This document shows, piece by piece, positions 36,323 to 46,800 of a stretch of DNA of 52,924 nt. Numbering within the stretch: the stretch's first letter is position 1; the number at the start of each line of letters is the position of its first letter. The stretch is taken from positions 15,137,345-15,190,268 of the forward strand of contig NC_057753.1 of assembly GCF_004010195.1 (NCBI RefSeq). Direction: 5' to 3'. The translations under genes were made by a program, and so were the position numbers. A model generated the notes under the pieces. The model was not told where the DNA came from. It made no database searches and saw only the letters and a program-made list of their open reading frames with translations. Origin of the DNA: Chiloscyllium plagiosum (lineage: Eukaryota).

Positions 36323-37099
36323 TTGCGGGGCTTCTCACAATATTGTCTGCCTCGGGACGTCACTTGATGAAATAGACTCTCAGACTACCTGAAATACTGT
36401 TTGCAGCTGAATCCAGATGCCCCTGAATGTACCATTCTGGGAGCAAACATGGTGAATTTTAATTCACTTTCTGCAATCTGCAAAGTTTTGTCAACCAGGT
36501 CTCTCAGATTCTCAGTGAGAAAAGAATTCAAAACTCAGATGATCAATAGGTTTTTTCCTCTCTCTGCCCAGATCTCATTGGCAACATGGATCAGACAAAA
36601 CTACTGTGTGTCTCCAAAAACATTACTTGAAGCAGGAAACAACATTGCAACCAAAGAGATTCATAGGCTTTTATACTTACTCTGAAAAAGAAAAATCTGT
36701 TGCTTGTGTACTGGTGTGAGGAGGTCACTAGAAGATAACATGGCACCACTTTAAACACAGGAGGTTGGGGGAAGTGAATTAGAGAGTCTCTGAGCCTTTG
36801 AGGCATCAAGTGTTAATGAATTAATTAATTCATTCAAATTTCCCTTCAGGACAATGTGTGTTCATTGTAGCCAAAGATGGACACACAGATACACGCACAG
36901 AAAAGTAGAGATGCACGTATGGAGATACACATCGGCATGGAGTCACAGAATCAGAGATGCACAGCAGGGAAACAGACTGTCTATGCTCACCAGATATCTT
37001 CAAGTAATCTAGTCGCATTTGCCAGAAATTTGCCCACATCCCTCTAAACCCTTCCTATTCATGCCTTTTAAATGCTCTCATTGTACCAGCCACTGCCTC

Positions 37100-37645
37100 C
37101 ACCTAAACTAAGGGGACATTTCATCGAGCATTTCAGCCGAGCCTGCAGGGGCGGACATGACCTGCCAGTCACTGTCCATTTTAATTCCCCTTCCCACTCT
37201 CTTTCTGACATGACCATCCTCAGTCTCCTCCATTGCCGTCGTGAATCAGACCACATATTGTAGGAACAGCACCTCACCTTCCACTTTGGCAGTCTTACAG
37301 CCTACAGGACTCAACATTGAGTTCTCCCATTTCAAATAAACTCCCTTCTCTTTCCTTCAATCCCTTCAAACTCCTCTGATCTACACTTCCTTCCAGCTCC
37401 CAACCAGATACATTCCTTCCATTGGCCAGCCAGGTTGTACCCTCTACCTGTGTGCATCTATATCCCCACCTCACCACATTGCCCGCTACCCCACCCCCTT
37501 AATTTGCAGCTCCCCTTCTCTCCATTCCCAGTCCTGCAGAAGTGTTGCACTAGAAACGTTGACCTCTCCACCTCCTGACACTGCCTGGCTTTCTGTGTTC
37601 TTCCAGCCTCCAGCTTGTCTACTTTGGATTCCAGATCTGCAGGGT
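37100..37645 (+). mobile_element. older Penelope-like 3' fragment nested in a minus-strand CR1; mirror ~48505-49050 (-)
   Basis: KLRGHFIEHF..DLPVTVHFNSPSHSLSDMTILSLLHC (GIY-YIG C-terminus). LTR with degenerate CTGCAGA..GAAAcgtt at ~37534-37560. Confidence 0.82.
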
Positions 37646-37654
37646 TTTTTTTTG

Positions 37655-38960
37655 TCTCCACCACTTCCTCGGACAGCTCATTCCATGCACGTACTACGCT
37701 CTGTGTGAAAATGTTGCCCCTTAGGTCCCTTTTAAATCTTTTTATCTTATACCCTAAATCTACACTTTCTAGATTGGACTCCCCCACCCCAGGGAAAAGA
37801 CCTTTCTATTTAGCTCATCCATGCCCCTCACGATTTTATAAACCCCTATAACATCACCCCTCAGCCTCTCCCTAACATTGGCAACAACCTTGTAAACTAT
37901 TTTTCTGAACCTTTCCAAGTTTAACAACGTCCTTCATAAGTGGAGGGAGCCCAGAATTGCACATAGTATTCCAAAAATAGCCGGACAAATGTCCTGTATA
38001 GCCGAAACATGACCTCCCAACTCAATGACTATCAGCATTATATCAACCAAACCCTGTCTAATCTTCCCACAATCCATGTCCTTCTTCTTGGTGAATACTG
38101 AAGTGAAGCACTCATTAAGGACCTCGCCCACTTCCTAAGGCTCCACAGATAAACACCCCACTCTGTTCTGGAATGGACCTGCTCTTTCCCTAGATACACA
38201 TTTGCTGTCAACATAGGAATAAAATGCCTTGGGATTCTCCTTAATCCTCCTTACCGAGGGCATTTAATGTCCTCCTTTATCCTTCCTGATTTTTGTTTAA
38301 GTTATTTCCCGTTTCCTGAATATTCTTCAAGGGCTTTGCTTCATTCCTAAACCTTGCATCTGTTACCATTTTGTTTTTTACGAACTTAGAATATCTCTTG
38401 TCATCCACAGGTTCCTTAACTTTCATCAACACAAGAACATGCAAATTCTGAACTTCGATCCATAGAACCTAGAACATTACAGCGCAGTGCAGGATCTTCA
38501 ACCCTCGATGTTGTGCCGACCTGTGGAACCAACCTGAAGCCCATCTAACCGACACTATTCATTCTCGTCCATATGCCTATCCAATGACCATTTAAATACC
38601 CATTAAGTGGGCGAGTCCACAGCTATTGCAGGCAGTGTGTTCTACACCCCGACGACTCTCTGAATAAAGAATTTACATCTGACATCTGTCCTATATCTAT
38701 CTTCCCTCAATGTGAAGCTATGCGCTCTCATTCTGGCCATTACCATCCTCGGAAAAAGGCTCTCAGTTTCCACCGGTTCTCAGACTGATTATCTTATATG
38801 TCTCAATTAATTCACCTCTCAACCTTCTTCTCTCTATCAAAAACAGCCACAAGTCCCTCAAGCTCCTATTGTAAGAACCTCCCTCCATATCAGGCAACAT
38901 TCTAGTAAATCCCCTTTGAACCCTTTCCAAAGTTTCCACATTCTTCCTGTATTGCGGTGA
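37655..38960 (-). mobile_element. stacked CR1 fragments (37655-38450 and 38460-38960); mirror ~47190-48500 (+)
   Basis: KRDLRGNIFTQSVVRAWNEL and GEVLNECFTSVFTK motifs; catagaacctagaac tail at ~38461. Confidence 0.8.
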
Positions 38961-38961
38961 C

Positions 38962-39546
38962 TTGGGAGGGTCATGTCGCAGCTGTACAGGTCATTGGTTA
39001 GGCCACTTGGAATATTGCGTGCAAGTCTGGTCTCCTTCCTATCGGAAAGATGTTGTGAAACTTGAAAGGGTTCAGAAAAGATTTACAAGGATGTTGACAG
39101 GGTTGGAGGATTTGAGCTACAGGGAGTGGCTGAACAGGCTGAGGCTGTTTTCCCTGGAGTGTTGGAGGCTGAGGTGTGACCCGATAGAGGTTTACAATAT
39201 TAAGAGGGGCATGGATAGGATAAATGGAGAAAGTCTTTTCTCAGGGATGGGGGAGTCCAGAACTTGAGGTCATAAGTTTAAGGTGAGAGGGGAAAGATAT
39301 AAAAGAGACCTAAGGGGCAACTTTTTCACACAGAGGATGGAATGAGCTGCCAGAGGAAGTGGTGGAGGCTGGTACAATTGCAACATTTAAAATGCATCTG
39401 GATGGATATATGAATAGTAAGGGTTTGGAGGGATATGGACCGGGTGTTGGCAGGTGGGACTAGATTGGGTTGGGATATCTGGTCGGCATGGACAGGTTGG
39501 ACCGAAGGGTCTGTTTCCGTGCTGTACATCTCTATGATTCTATGAC
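38962..39546 (+). mobile_element. young CR1 3' fragment; mirror ~46600-47190 (-)
   Basis: HLEYCVQVWSPSYRKDVVKLERVQKRFTRMLTGLE and a ctctatgattctatga tail. Confidence 0.92.
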
Positions 39547-39616
39547 CAGATGCACTATCTTCAAAAGACGTCAGATGTGGATTTACCATCAAAAAGCTGC
39601 TCGCCCCATTTTATTT

Positions 39617-39839
39617 GTTGAAATTTTATTGCTGGAACAGCACAGCAGGTCAGGCAGCATCCAGGGAACAGGAGATTCGCGTTTCGGGCACAGGCCCTTC
39701 TTCAGAAACCTTCCTGAAGAAGGGCCTGTGCCCGAAACGTCGAATCTCCTGTTCCCTGGATGCTGCCTGACCTGCTGTGCTGTTCCAGCAATAAAGTTTC
39801 AACTTTGATCTCTAGCATCTGCAGACCTCACTTTCTTCC
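39617..39839 (+). mobile_element. 223-bp palindromic Penelope-LTR-derived insertion with 15-bp TSD
   Basis: TSD cgccccattttattt at 39602-39616 and 39840-39854. An inverted repeat spans 39617-39803. The right arm carries the empty site at ~46530-46546. Confidence 0.92.
39711..39744 (+). ncRNA. minimal type I hammerhead ribozyme motif (Penelope-associated)
   Basis: Stem I UUC/GAA, core CUGAAGA (39714-39720), stem II GGGC-cugu-GCCC, GAAA (39734-39737), palindromic AC|GU stem III and GUC cleavage triplet (39739-39741). Confidence 0.78.
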
Positions 39840-39896
39840 CGCCCCATTTTATTTCTCAAGTTCCTCTATCATACCAGTGCAAGAAGCCTACCCCTA

Positions 39897-40122
39897 TGGC
39901 ACGGTGGTTCAGTGGTTAGCACTGCTGCCTCACAGTGCTATGGACCCATGTTCAATTCCAGCCTTGGGCAACTGTCAGTGTGGAGATTCCACATTCTCAC
40001 TGTGGGTTTCCTCCCACTGTCCAAAGTTGTGCAGGTCAGGTGAATTGGCCATTCTAAATTGCCCGTAGTGTTAGGTGCATTCGTCAGAGGGAAATGGGTC
40101 TGGGTGGGTTACTCTTCGGAGG
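39897..40122 (+). mobile_element. HE1-type SINE truncated by a gap; complete mirror at ~46205-46490 (-)
   Basis: ggcacggtggttcagtggttagcactgctgcctcacag head with a B-box-like GTTCAATTCC. Confidence 0.88.
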
Positions 40123-40470
40123 NNNNNNNNNNNNNNNNNNNNNNNNNNNNNNNNNNNNNNNNNNNNNNNNNNNNNNNNNNNNNNNNNNNNNNNNNNNNNN
40201 NNNNNNNNNNNNNNNNNNNNNNNNNNNNNNNNNNNNNNNNNNNNNNNNNNNNNNNNNNNNNNNNNNNNNNNNNNNNNNNNNNNNNNNNNNNNNNNNNNNN
40301 NNNNNNNNNNNNNNNNNNNNNNNNNNNNNNNNNNNNNNNNNNNNNNNNNNNNNNNNNNNNNNNNNNNNNNNNNNNNNNNNNNNNNNNNNNNNNNNNNNNN
40401 NNNNNNNNNNNNNNNNNNNNNNNNNNNNNNNNNNNNNNNNNNNNNNNNNNNNNNNNNNNNNNNNNNNNNN
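40123..40470. other. assembly gap (348 N); paralogous sequence visible at ~45635-46260
   Basis: N run; both flanks map into the right arm ~630 bp apart. Confidence 1.
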
Positions 40471-41240
40471 CAACTGATCTTGTTTCCTCCGTCCTTCTGA
40501 TGGAGGGAAGGTCATTGATGAAGCAGCTGAAGATGCCTGGGGTCCAGGACACTAACCTGAGGAATTCATGCACAGATGTCCTGGAGCTCAGATGACTGAC
40601 CTCCAACAACCGTGACCACCTTCCAATGTACCAGGGATGCCTCCAACTAGCAGAGATATTGGCCCATAATTTTGCACCAATTTTGCTCAAACTCCTTCAC
40701 GCCCCACTCCATCGAATGCAGCCTTGGTGTTGAGGGCTGTCATTCTCACCTCACCTCTGGAATACAGCTCTTGACAGAGACTGGATGGAGGGTCAGTAGC
40801 TGACAGAACCAAAACTGGGCATCACTGAGCAGGGTCTTGCTGAGTGGCAGCTGCTTGATAGCACTGTTACATATACTGTCCATCACTTTACTGATGATTG
40901 AGTGTATAGAGCAGGAATTGACCAGGTTGAATTGGTCCTGCATTTTATGTACACAACATACCCTGGCAATTTCCCACATTGGTGGGTAGGTGCCACAGTT
41001 GTAACTACACTGGAACAGCTTGGTTAGGGGAGCAAGACTTTATGGAGCACAAGCCTTCAGCAACATTGGTGGACGGTGTCAGGCCCCATAGCCTTTGTAG
41101 CATCCAGTGTCTCCAAACGTTTTTCGATATCAAGGAGAGTATCAAACTCCTATCTGTCATAATAGGCACTACTGGAGAAGGCGAGATGCATCATCCACAC
41201 AGCACTTCTGACTAAAGATTGCTACGAAAGTTCCAGCCCT
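40471..41240 (-). mobile_element. CR1/L2-superfamily LINE RT fragment; mirror ~44870-45680 (+)
   Basis: KAMGPD.., WEIARVCCVHKMQDQFNLVNSCSIHSIISKVM..SAIKQL..LLSDAQF, IFSCFINDLPSI. Confidence 0.85.
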
Positions 41241-41244
41241 TGTC

Positions 41245-41552
41245 ACGGAATCCCAACAATGTGGAAGTAGGCCATTCTGCCCATCAAGTCCACACCAACC
41301 CTCGTTAGAGTATCCCACCCAGACTCTACCCCATCTCCATCTTTCCTTGTCAATCCCTGGACACTTTAGCATGGTCAATCCACCTAAGACACACATCTTT
41401 GGACTGTGGAAGGAAATTGGAGCACCCTGTGGAATTCCACGGAGACACGGCAAGAATGTGTGAACACCACAGGGGCGGTCGCTGGAGTGTGGGATTGAAC
41501 CTAGGTCCCCGGTGCTGCGAGGTAGTGGTGCTAACCACTGAGCCACTGTGCT
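41245..41552 (-). mobile_element. HE1-type SINE; mirror 44437-44868 (+) has a deleted head and an internal tandem duplication
   Basis: gcacagtggctcagtggttagcacc head and B box GGTTCAATCCC on the minus strand. Confidence 0.85.
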
Positions 41553-42065
41553 GACCATTACTTTTTCACTGATATGTTGGGCTCTTCTATCATTGAGATG
41601 GGGACATAAATGGAGCCTCCTCTTCCTTTTAGTTGTCCACCAATTAAAGTACAACTGCGGAGGTTAGTTCTGATCCAGTATCCTGAAATCTCGATTGCCT
41701 GAGAGAGAGGGGTGGTTGTCCAGCTATATAAACGAACCTGGATATTGTTGGATGTTCATTTTGAACCGCTGCACTGCACTGGATCTATTCAGAACATTGC
41801 ATCATATTTGAACTGAGTAAAGTTGCTCTGGAACTTTGGAAGCTGTGTTGTGTATCACTCCCTCTTGAGCAGCACCAAATTGCGCTAAACCATTTTAGTT
41901 CGCTTTTGATGTAAGTAACATCGGCTGTGGTGCAGTGAGACAGGGATCAAGTGATCAATCCATCATGTTTAATACAAATTAATCGCATCCCAAAACAAAA
42001 CACAACTGTGAAAAAGGAGTTGAATGCTTGCTGTGCATCAACTCGAAGCTGACACATCTACATAT

Positions 42066-42250
42066 TGTTACAATGCTTTAACGAAGTAAGTTTGATCTTG
42101 TTTTTTTTAAGAGGGGTCGTAAAAGTAGAGGTGCCATTGGGTCTAGAAAAAGCCTACTGTTACAATGCTTTAACGAAGTAAGTTTGATCTTGTTTTTTTT
42201 TAAGAGGGGTCGTAAAAGTAGAGGTGCCATTAGGTCTAGAAAAAGCCTAC
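42066..42250 (+). repeat. 92/93-bp tandem duplication specific to the left arm, at the start of a probable solo LTR (~42066-42740)
   Basis: tgttacaatgctttaacg...aaaagcctac occurs twice here and once in the right arm (~43957-44048). The LTR call rests on the TGTTA start and recalled similarity, so it is weaker. Confidence 0.8.
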
Positions 42251-43035
42251 TTTAACAATAGCAAAGGAGTGGCTGGTCCTCACAATTCAGATCCCTTCTG
42301 GCTTAGTTTAGCTGTGGCGGTGACAAGATGTTGCAGTCCAGGAGGTTTGAAAGTTCAGCAGATGATTCCTGACTGACTATCCCTCTGAACTGCCTTTGGA
42401 TGTTGTTCCCTCCTGCCTCTACGAATCTGTGTTTCAATTTACCTTTATTGTCAAGAGGCGTGTTTATGGGATGTTGCTAGATTGGAATAGCTCATTAGTT
42501 AAGTTGCGGTATCGTGTCAGTAAAGCTTTCCAATCATTAAATTGTTCTAAATCATGCTTTATTTTGTTCGTGTTTCAACTATAGTATTTAAAGAAATTCT
42601 GTTTTGCTTAAAGCCGAGTGGTTTGATCACTGCATCGCAACTGGAACACCCACTTCACATCTGCCTTTAAAAGAGAAAGAAGTTAGAAACTAGGGAATCT
42701 TCTTGAAATACTTTGAGGGGCTTCTGGCCTGGTCCATAAGAATATGCAGCATAGAAATGTTGGGGATGAATGGCCTCCTTTTGTCCTGTAAATTCTATGA
42801 TCTCTCACACTCTGCACAGACTGTATTTTGTACTACTTATAACCGCCTAACTCACCTCCTGACATTTCACGACAAACTTGATGATGTTTTATTTGGGTTT
42901 AGTAGTTCAAGCATAGATTGTTACAGTGATCTAACAAGAGACAATATGATGGTAAACAAATGTGATGGGCCACATGGGCCAGTGTAGAAAATGATTGCTG
43001 TGGGACAGTCACTGCGTATTTTCCACTGCAGTGAT

Positions 43036-43224
43036 TGTAACAAGATCAGTCAGGTGGACCTCATAGAATTGGGGCTGTCAACGTGCTCCAATCAGGGAGC
43101 CCTGGCTGACAGACACTCTCTGAAACCTGGGCTCTGAAGGAACCGGTTTAGTGTCAAGTGCTACGTACGTATAAATAAAGAGTGACTCGGTGAGAGTGAT
43201 ACCAGGCTATGTGCATTTATTTCA
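43036..43224 (+). mobile_element. short solo LTR (Gypsy-like)
   Basis: TGTAAC...CA ends, internal CCAATCAGGGAGCCCTGG and AATAAA. Resembles a common shark LTR from recall; no clear TSD. Confidence 0.5.
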
Positions 43225-43331
43225 CAATGAATATATTTGTTACAATTAAAGTAAAACTTCTGCAATGAAAACAGAGATTATGAGAAGCAATTATCAGAAA
43301 AAAAGGGGAGTGACTTTGAAATTCCTTTTTC

Positions 43332-43831
43332 NNNNNNNNNNNNNNNNNNNNNNNNNNNNNNNNNNNNNNNNNNNNNNNNNNNNNNNNNNNNNNNNNNNNN
43401 NNNNNNNNNNNNNNNNNNNNNNNNNNNNNNNNNNNNNNNNNNNNNNNNNNNNNNNNNNNNNNNNNNNNNNNNNNNNNNNNNNNNNNNNNNNNNNNNNNNN
43501 NNNNNNNNNNNNNNNNNNNNNNNNNNNNNNNNNNNNNNNNNNNNNNNNNNNNNNNNNNNNNNNNNNNNNNNNNNNNNNNNNNNNNNNNNNNNNNNNNNNN
43601 NNNNNNNNNNNNNNNNNNNNNNNNNNNNNNNNNNNNNNNNNNNNNNNNNNNNNNNNNNNNNNNNNNNNNNNNNNNNNNNNNNNNNNNNNNNNNNNNNNNN
43701 NNNNNNNNNNNNNNNNNNNNNNNNNNNNNNNNNNNNNNNNNNNNNNNNNNNNNNNNNNNNNNNNNNNNNNNNNNNNNNNNNNNNNNNNNNNNNNNNNNNN
43801 NNNNNNNNNNNNNNNNNNNNNNNNNNNNNNN
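43332..43831. other. assembly gap (500 N) at the inner end of the inverted duplication
   Basis: N run. Confidence 1.
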
Positions 43832-46800
43832 AGTCAGGAATCATCTGCTGAATTTTCAAACCTCCTGGACTGCAACATCTTGTCACCGCCACAGCTAAAC
43901 TAAGCCAGAAGGGATCTGAATTGTGAGGACCAGCCACGCCTTTGCTATTGTTAAAGTAGGCTTTTTCTAGACCCAATGGCACCTCTACTTTTACGACCCC
44001 TCTTAAAAAAAAAACAAGATCAAACTTACCTCGCTAAAGCATTGTCACAATATGTAGATGTGTCAGCTTCGAGTTGATGCACAGCAAGCATTCAACCCAT
44101 TTTTCACAGTTGTGTTTTGTTTTGGGATGCGGTTAATTTGTATTAAACATGATGGATTGATCACTTGATCCCTGTCTCACTGCACCACAGCCGATGTTAC
44201 TTACATCAAAAGCGAACTAAAATGGTTTAGCGTAATTTGGTGCTGCTCAAGAGGGAGTGATACACAACACAGCTTCCAAAGTTCCAGAGCAACTTTACTC
44301 AGTTCAAATTTGAAGCAATGTTCTGAATAGATCCAGTGCAGTGCAGCGGTTCAAAATGAACATCCAACAATATCCAGGTTCGTTTATATAGCTGGACAAC
44401 CACCCCTCTCTCTCAGGCAATCGAGATTTCAGGATACTACCTCGCAGCACCGGGGACCTAGGTTCAATCCCAGCGACCGCTCCTGTGGTGTTCACACATT
44501 CTTGCCGTGTCTCCGTGGATTTCCACAGGATGCTCCAATTTCCTTCCACAGTCCAAAGATGTGTGTCTTAGGTGGATTGGCCATGCTAAAGGGATTGACA
44601 AGGAAAGATGGAGATGGGGTAGAGTCTGGGTGGGATACTCTTACGAGGGATGGTGTGGACTTGATGGACAGAATGGCCTACTTCAACATTGTCCTTCCAC
44701 AGTCCAAAGATGTGTGTCTTAGGTGGATTAGTCATGCTAAAGTGTCCAGGGATTGACAAGGAAAGATGGAGATGGGGTAGAGTCTGGGTAGGATACTCTT
44801 ACGAGGGTTGGTCTGGACTTGATGGGCAGAATGGCCTACTTCAACATTGTTGGGATTCCGTGACAAGGGCTGAAACTTTCGTAGCAATCTTTAGTCAGAA
44901 GTGCTGTGTGGATGATGCATCTCGCCTTCTCCAGTGGTGCCTATTATGTCAGGTAGGAGTTTGATACTCTCCTTGATATCGAAAAACGTTTGGAGACACT
45001 GGATGCTACAAAGGCTATGGGGCCTGACACCGTCCAGCAATGTTGCTGAAGTCTTGTGCTCCATAAAGTCTTGCTCCTCTAACCAAGCTGTTCCAGTGTA
45101 GTTACAACTGTGGCACCTACCCACCAATCTGGGAAATTGCCAGGGTATGTTGTGTACATAAAATGCAGGACCAATTCAACCTGGTCAATTCCTGCTCCAT
45201 ACACTCAATCATCAGTAAAGTGATGGACGGTATATGGAAGAGTGCTATCAAGCAGCTGCCACTCAGCAAGACCCTGCTCAGTGATGCCCAGTTTTGGTTC
45301 TGTCAGCTACTGACCTTCCATCCAGTCTTTGTCAAGAGCTGTATTCCAGAGGTGAGGGGAGAATGACAGCCCTCAACAGCAAGGCTGCATTCGATGGAGT
45401 GGGGCGTGAAGGAGTTTGAGCAAAATTGGTGCAAAATTATGGGCCAATATCTCTGCTAGTTGGAGGCATTCTTGGTACATTGGAAGGTGGTCACGGTTGT
45501 TGGAGGTCAGTCATCTGAGCTCCAGGACATCTGTGCATGAATTCCTCAGGTTAGTGTCCTGTACCCCAGGCATCTTCAGCTGCTTCATCAATGACCTTCC
45601 CTCCATCAGAAGGACGGAGGAAACAAGATCAGTTGAACAGCCAAGCTTGGGTTGACAAGTGGCAAATGACATTGACACAACGTTAGAAATATTTCACTTT
45701 AACCACTTCAGTCTCATTCTGGTGTCAGACTGAAGGTGATGTCAACGGAGGTGTGGCGATTCGTGAGAAATTCATGGTTTTACCCTCTGTCCTTTCCTGT
45801 ATGGCTCTAGGTTTAGGTATGGGTCAGTAAAGAATATGGATATCTAGGCATTTTCTTGAAATGACCTGATCGGAATTGTGTTCATCTATGTTTTTCAGGA
45901 GTGATCATTTGCTGTGCTTTAGATTCCCCTTTTGAAATAAATCACACTTTCCCACTTGTTCTTTTAGATTCAGTTATATAAATACATCACTTGATACAAT
46001 AATAATCTTTATATTCTCAATCGTGCTGATAAAACCATTTCATAACCTGAAAACGTCAAACTTGCACTAGGAAATGTGTTAGCCCAGGTGTTTGAATTTT
46101 CGACGGGACAGCATTTTGGGAAAGGCAATCATAATTCTGTGCGTTTTAAGTTAGTTAAGGATACTGAAAATACTGGTCCTGGGGTGAAAATATCAAATTA
46201 GGGTAGATTAGATTACCTACAGTGCGGAAACAGGCCCTTCGGTCCAACAAGTTCACAACGACCCTCCAAAGAGTAACCCACCCAGACCCATTTCCCTCTG
46301 ACGAATGCACCTAACACTACAGGCAATTTAGAATGGCCAATTCACCAGACCTGCACAACTTTGGACAGTGGGAGGAAACCCACAGTGAGAATGTGGAATC
46401 TCCACACTGACACTTGCCCATGGCTGGAATTGAAAGTGGGTCCCTAGCACTGTGAGGCAGCAGTGCTAACCACTGAACCACCGTGCCATCGGGGTAGGAT
46501 ACTTGCACTGGTATAATAGAGGAACTTGAGAAATAAAATGGGGTGAGCAGCTTTTTGATGGTAAATCCACATCTGACGTCTTTTGAAGATAGTGTATCTG
46601 GTCATAGAATCATAGAGATGTACAGCACGGAAACAGACCCTTCGGTCCAACCTGTCCATGCCGACCAGATATCCCAACCCAATCTAGTCCCACCTGCCAA
46701 CACCTGGTCCATATTCCTCCAAACCCTTCCTATTCATATATCCATCCAGATGCATTTTAAATGTTGCAATTGTACCAGCCTCCACCACTTCCTCTGGCAG

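Larger units (their letters stand above)
33186..42374 (+). repeat. left arm of large inverted segmental duplication
   Basis: Collinear reverse-complement match to 43832-52188. Paired ORFs include 36401/49480, 37072/48888, 40979/44891 and 33971/51209. Confidence 0.95.

Noticed and set aside
36401..36685. 94-codon ORF open in both duplication arms
   Set aside because: It has a non-ATG start and no recognisable domain, and the differences between arms are mostly non-synonymous (six amino-acid changes), so there is no sign of purifying selection.
38460..39546. Twin-primed (5'-inverted) single CR1 insertion
   Set aside because: The two opposed fragments each have their own distinct 3' tail and differ in age, so they are independent insertions.
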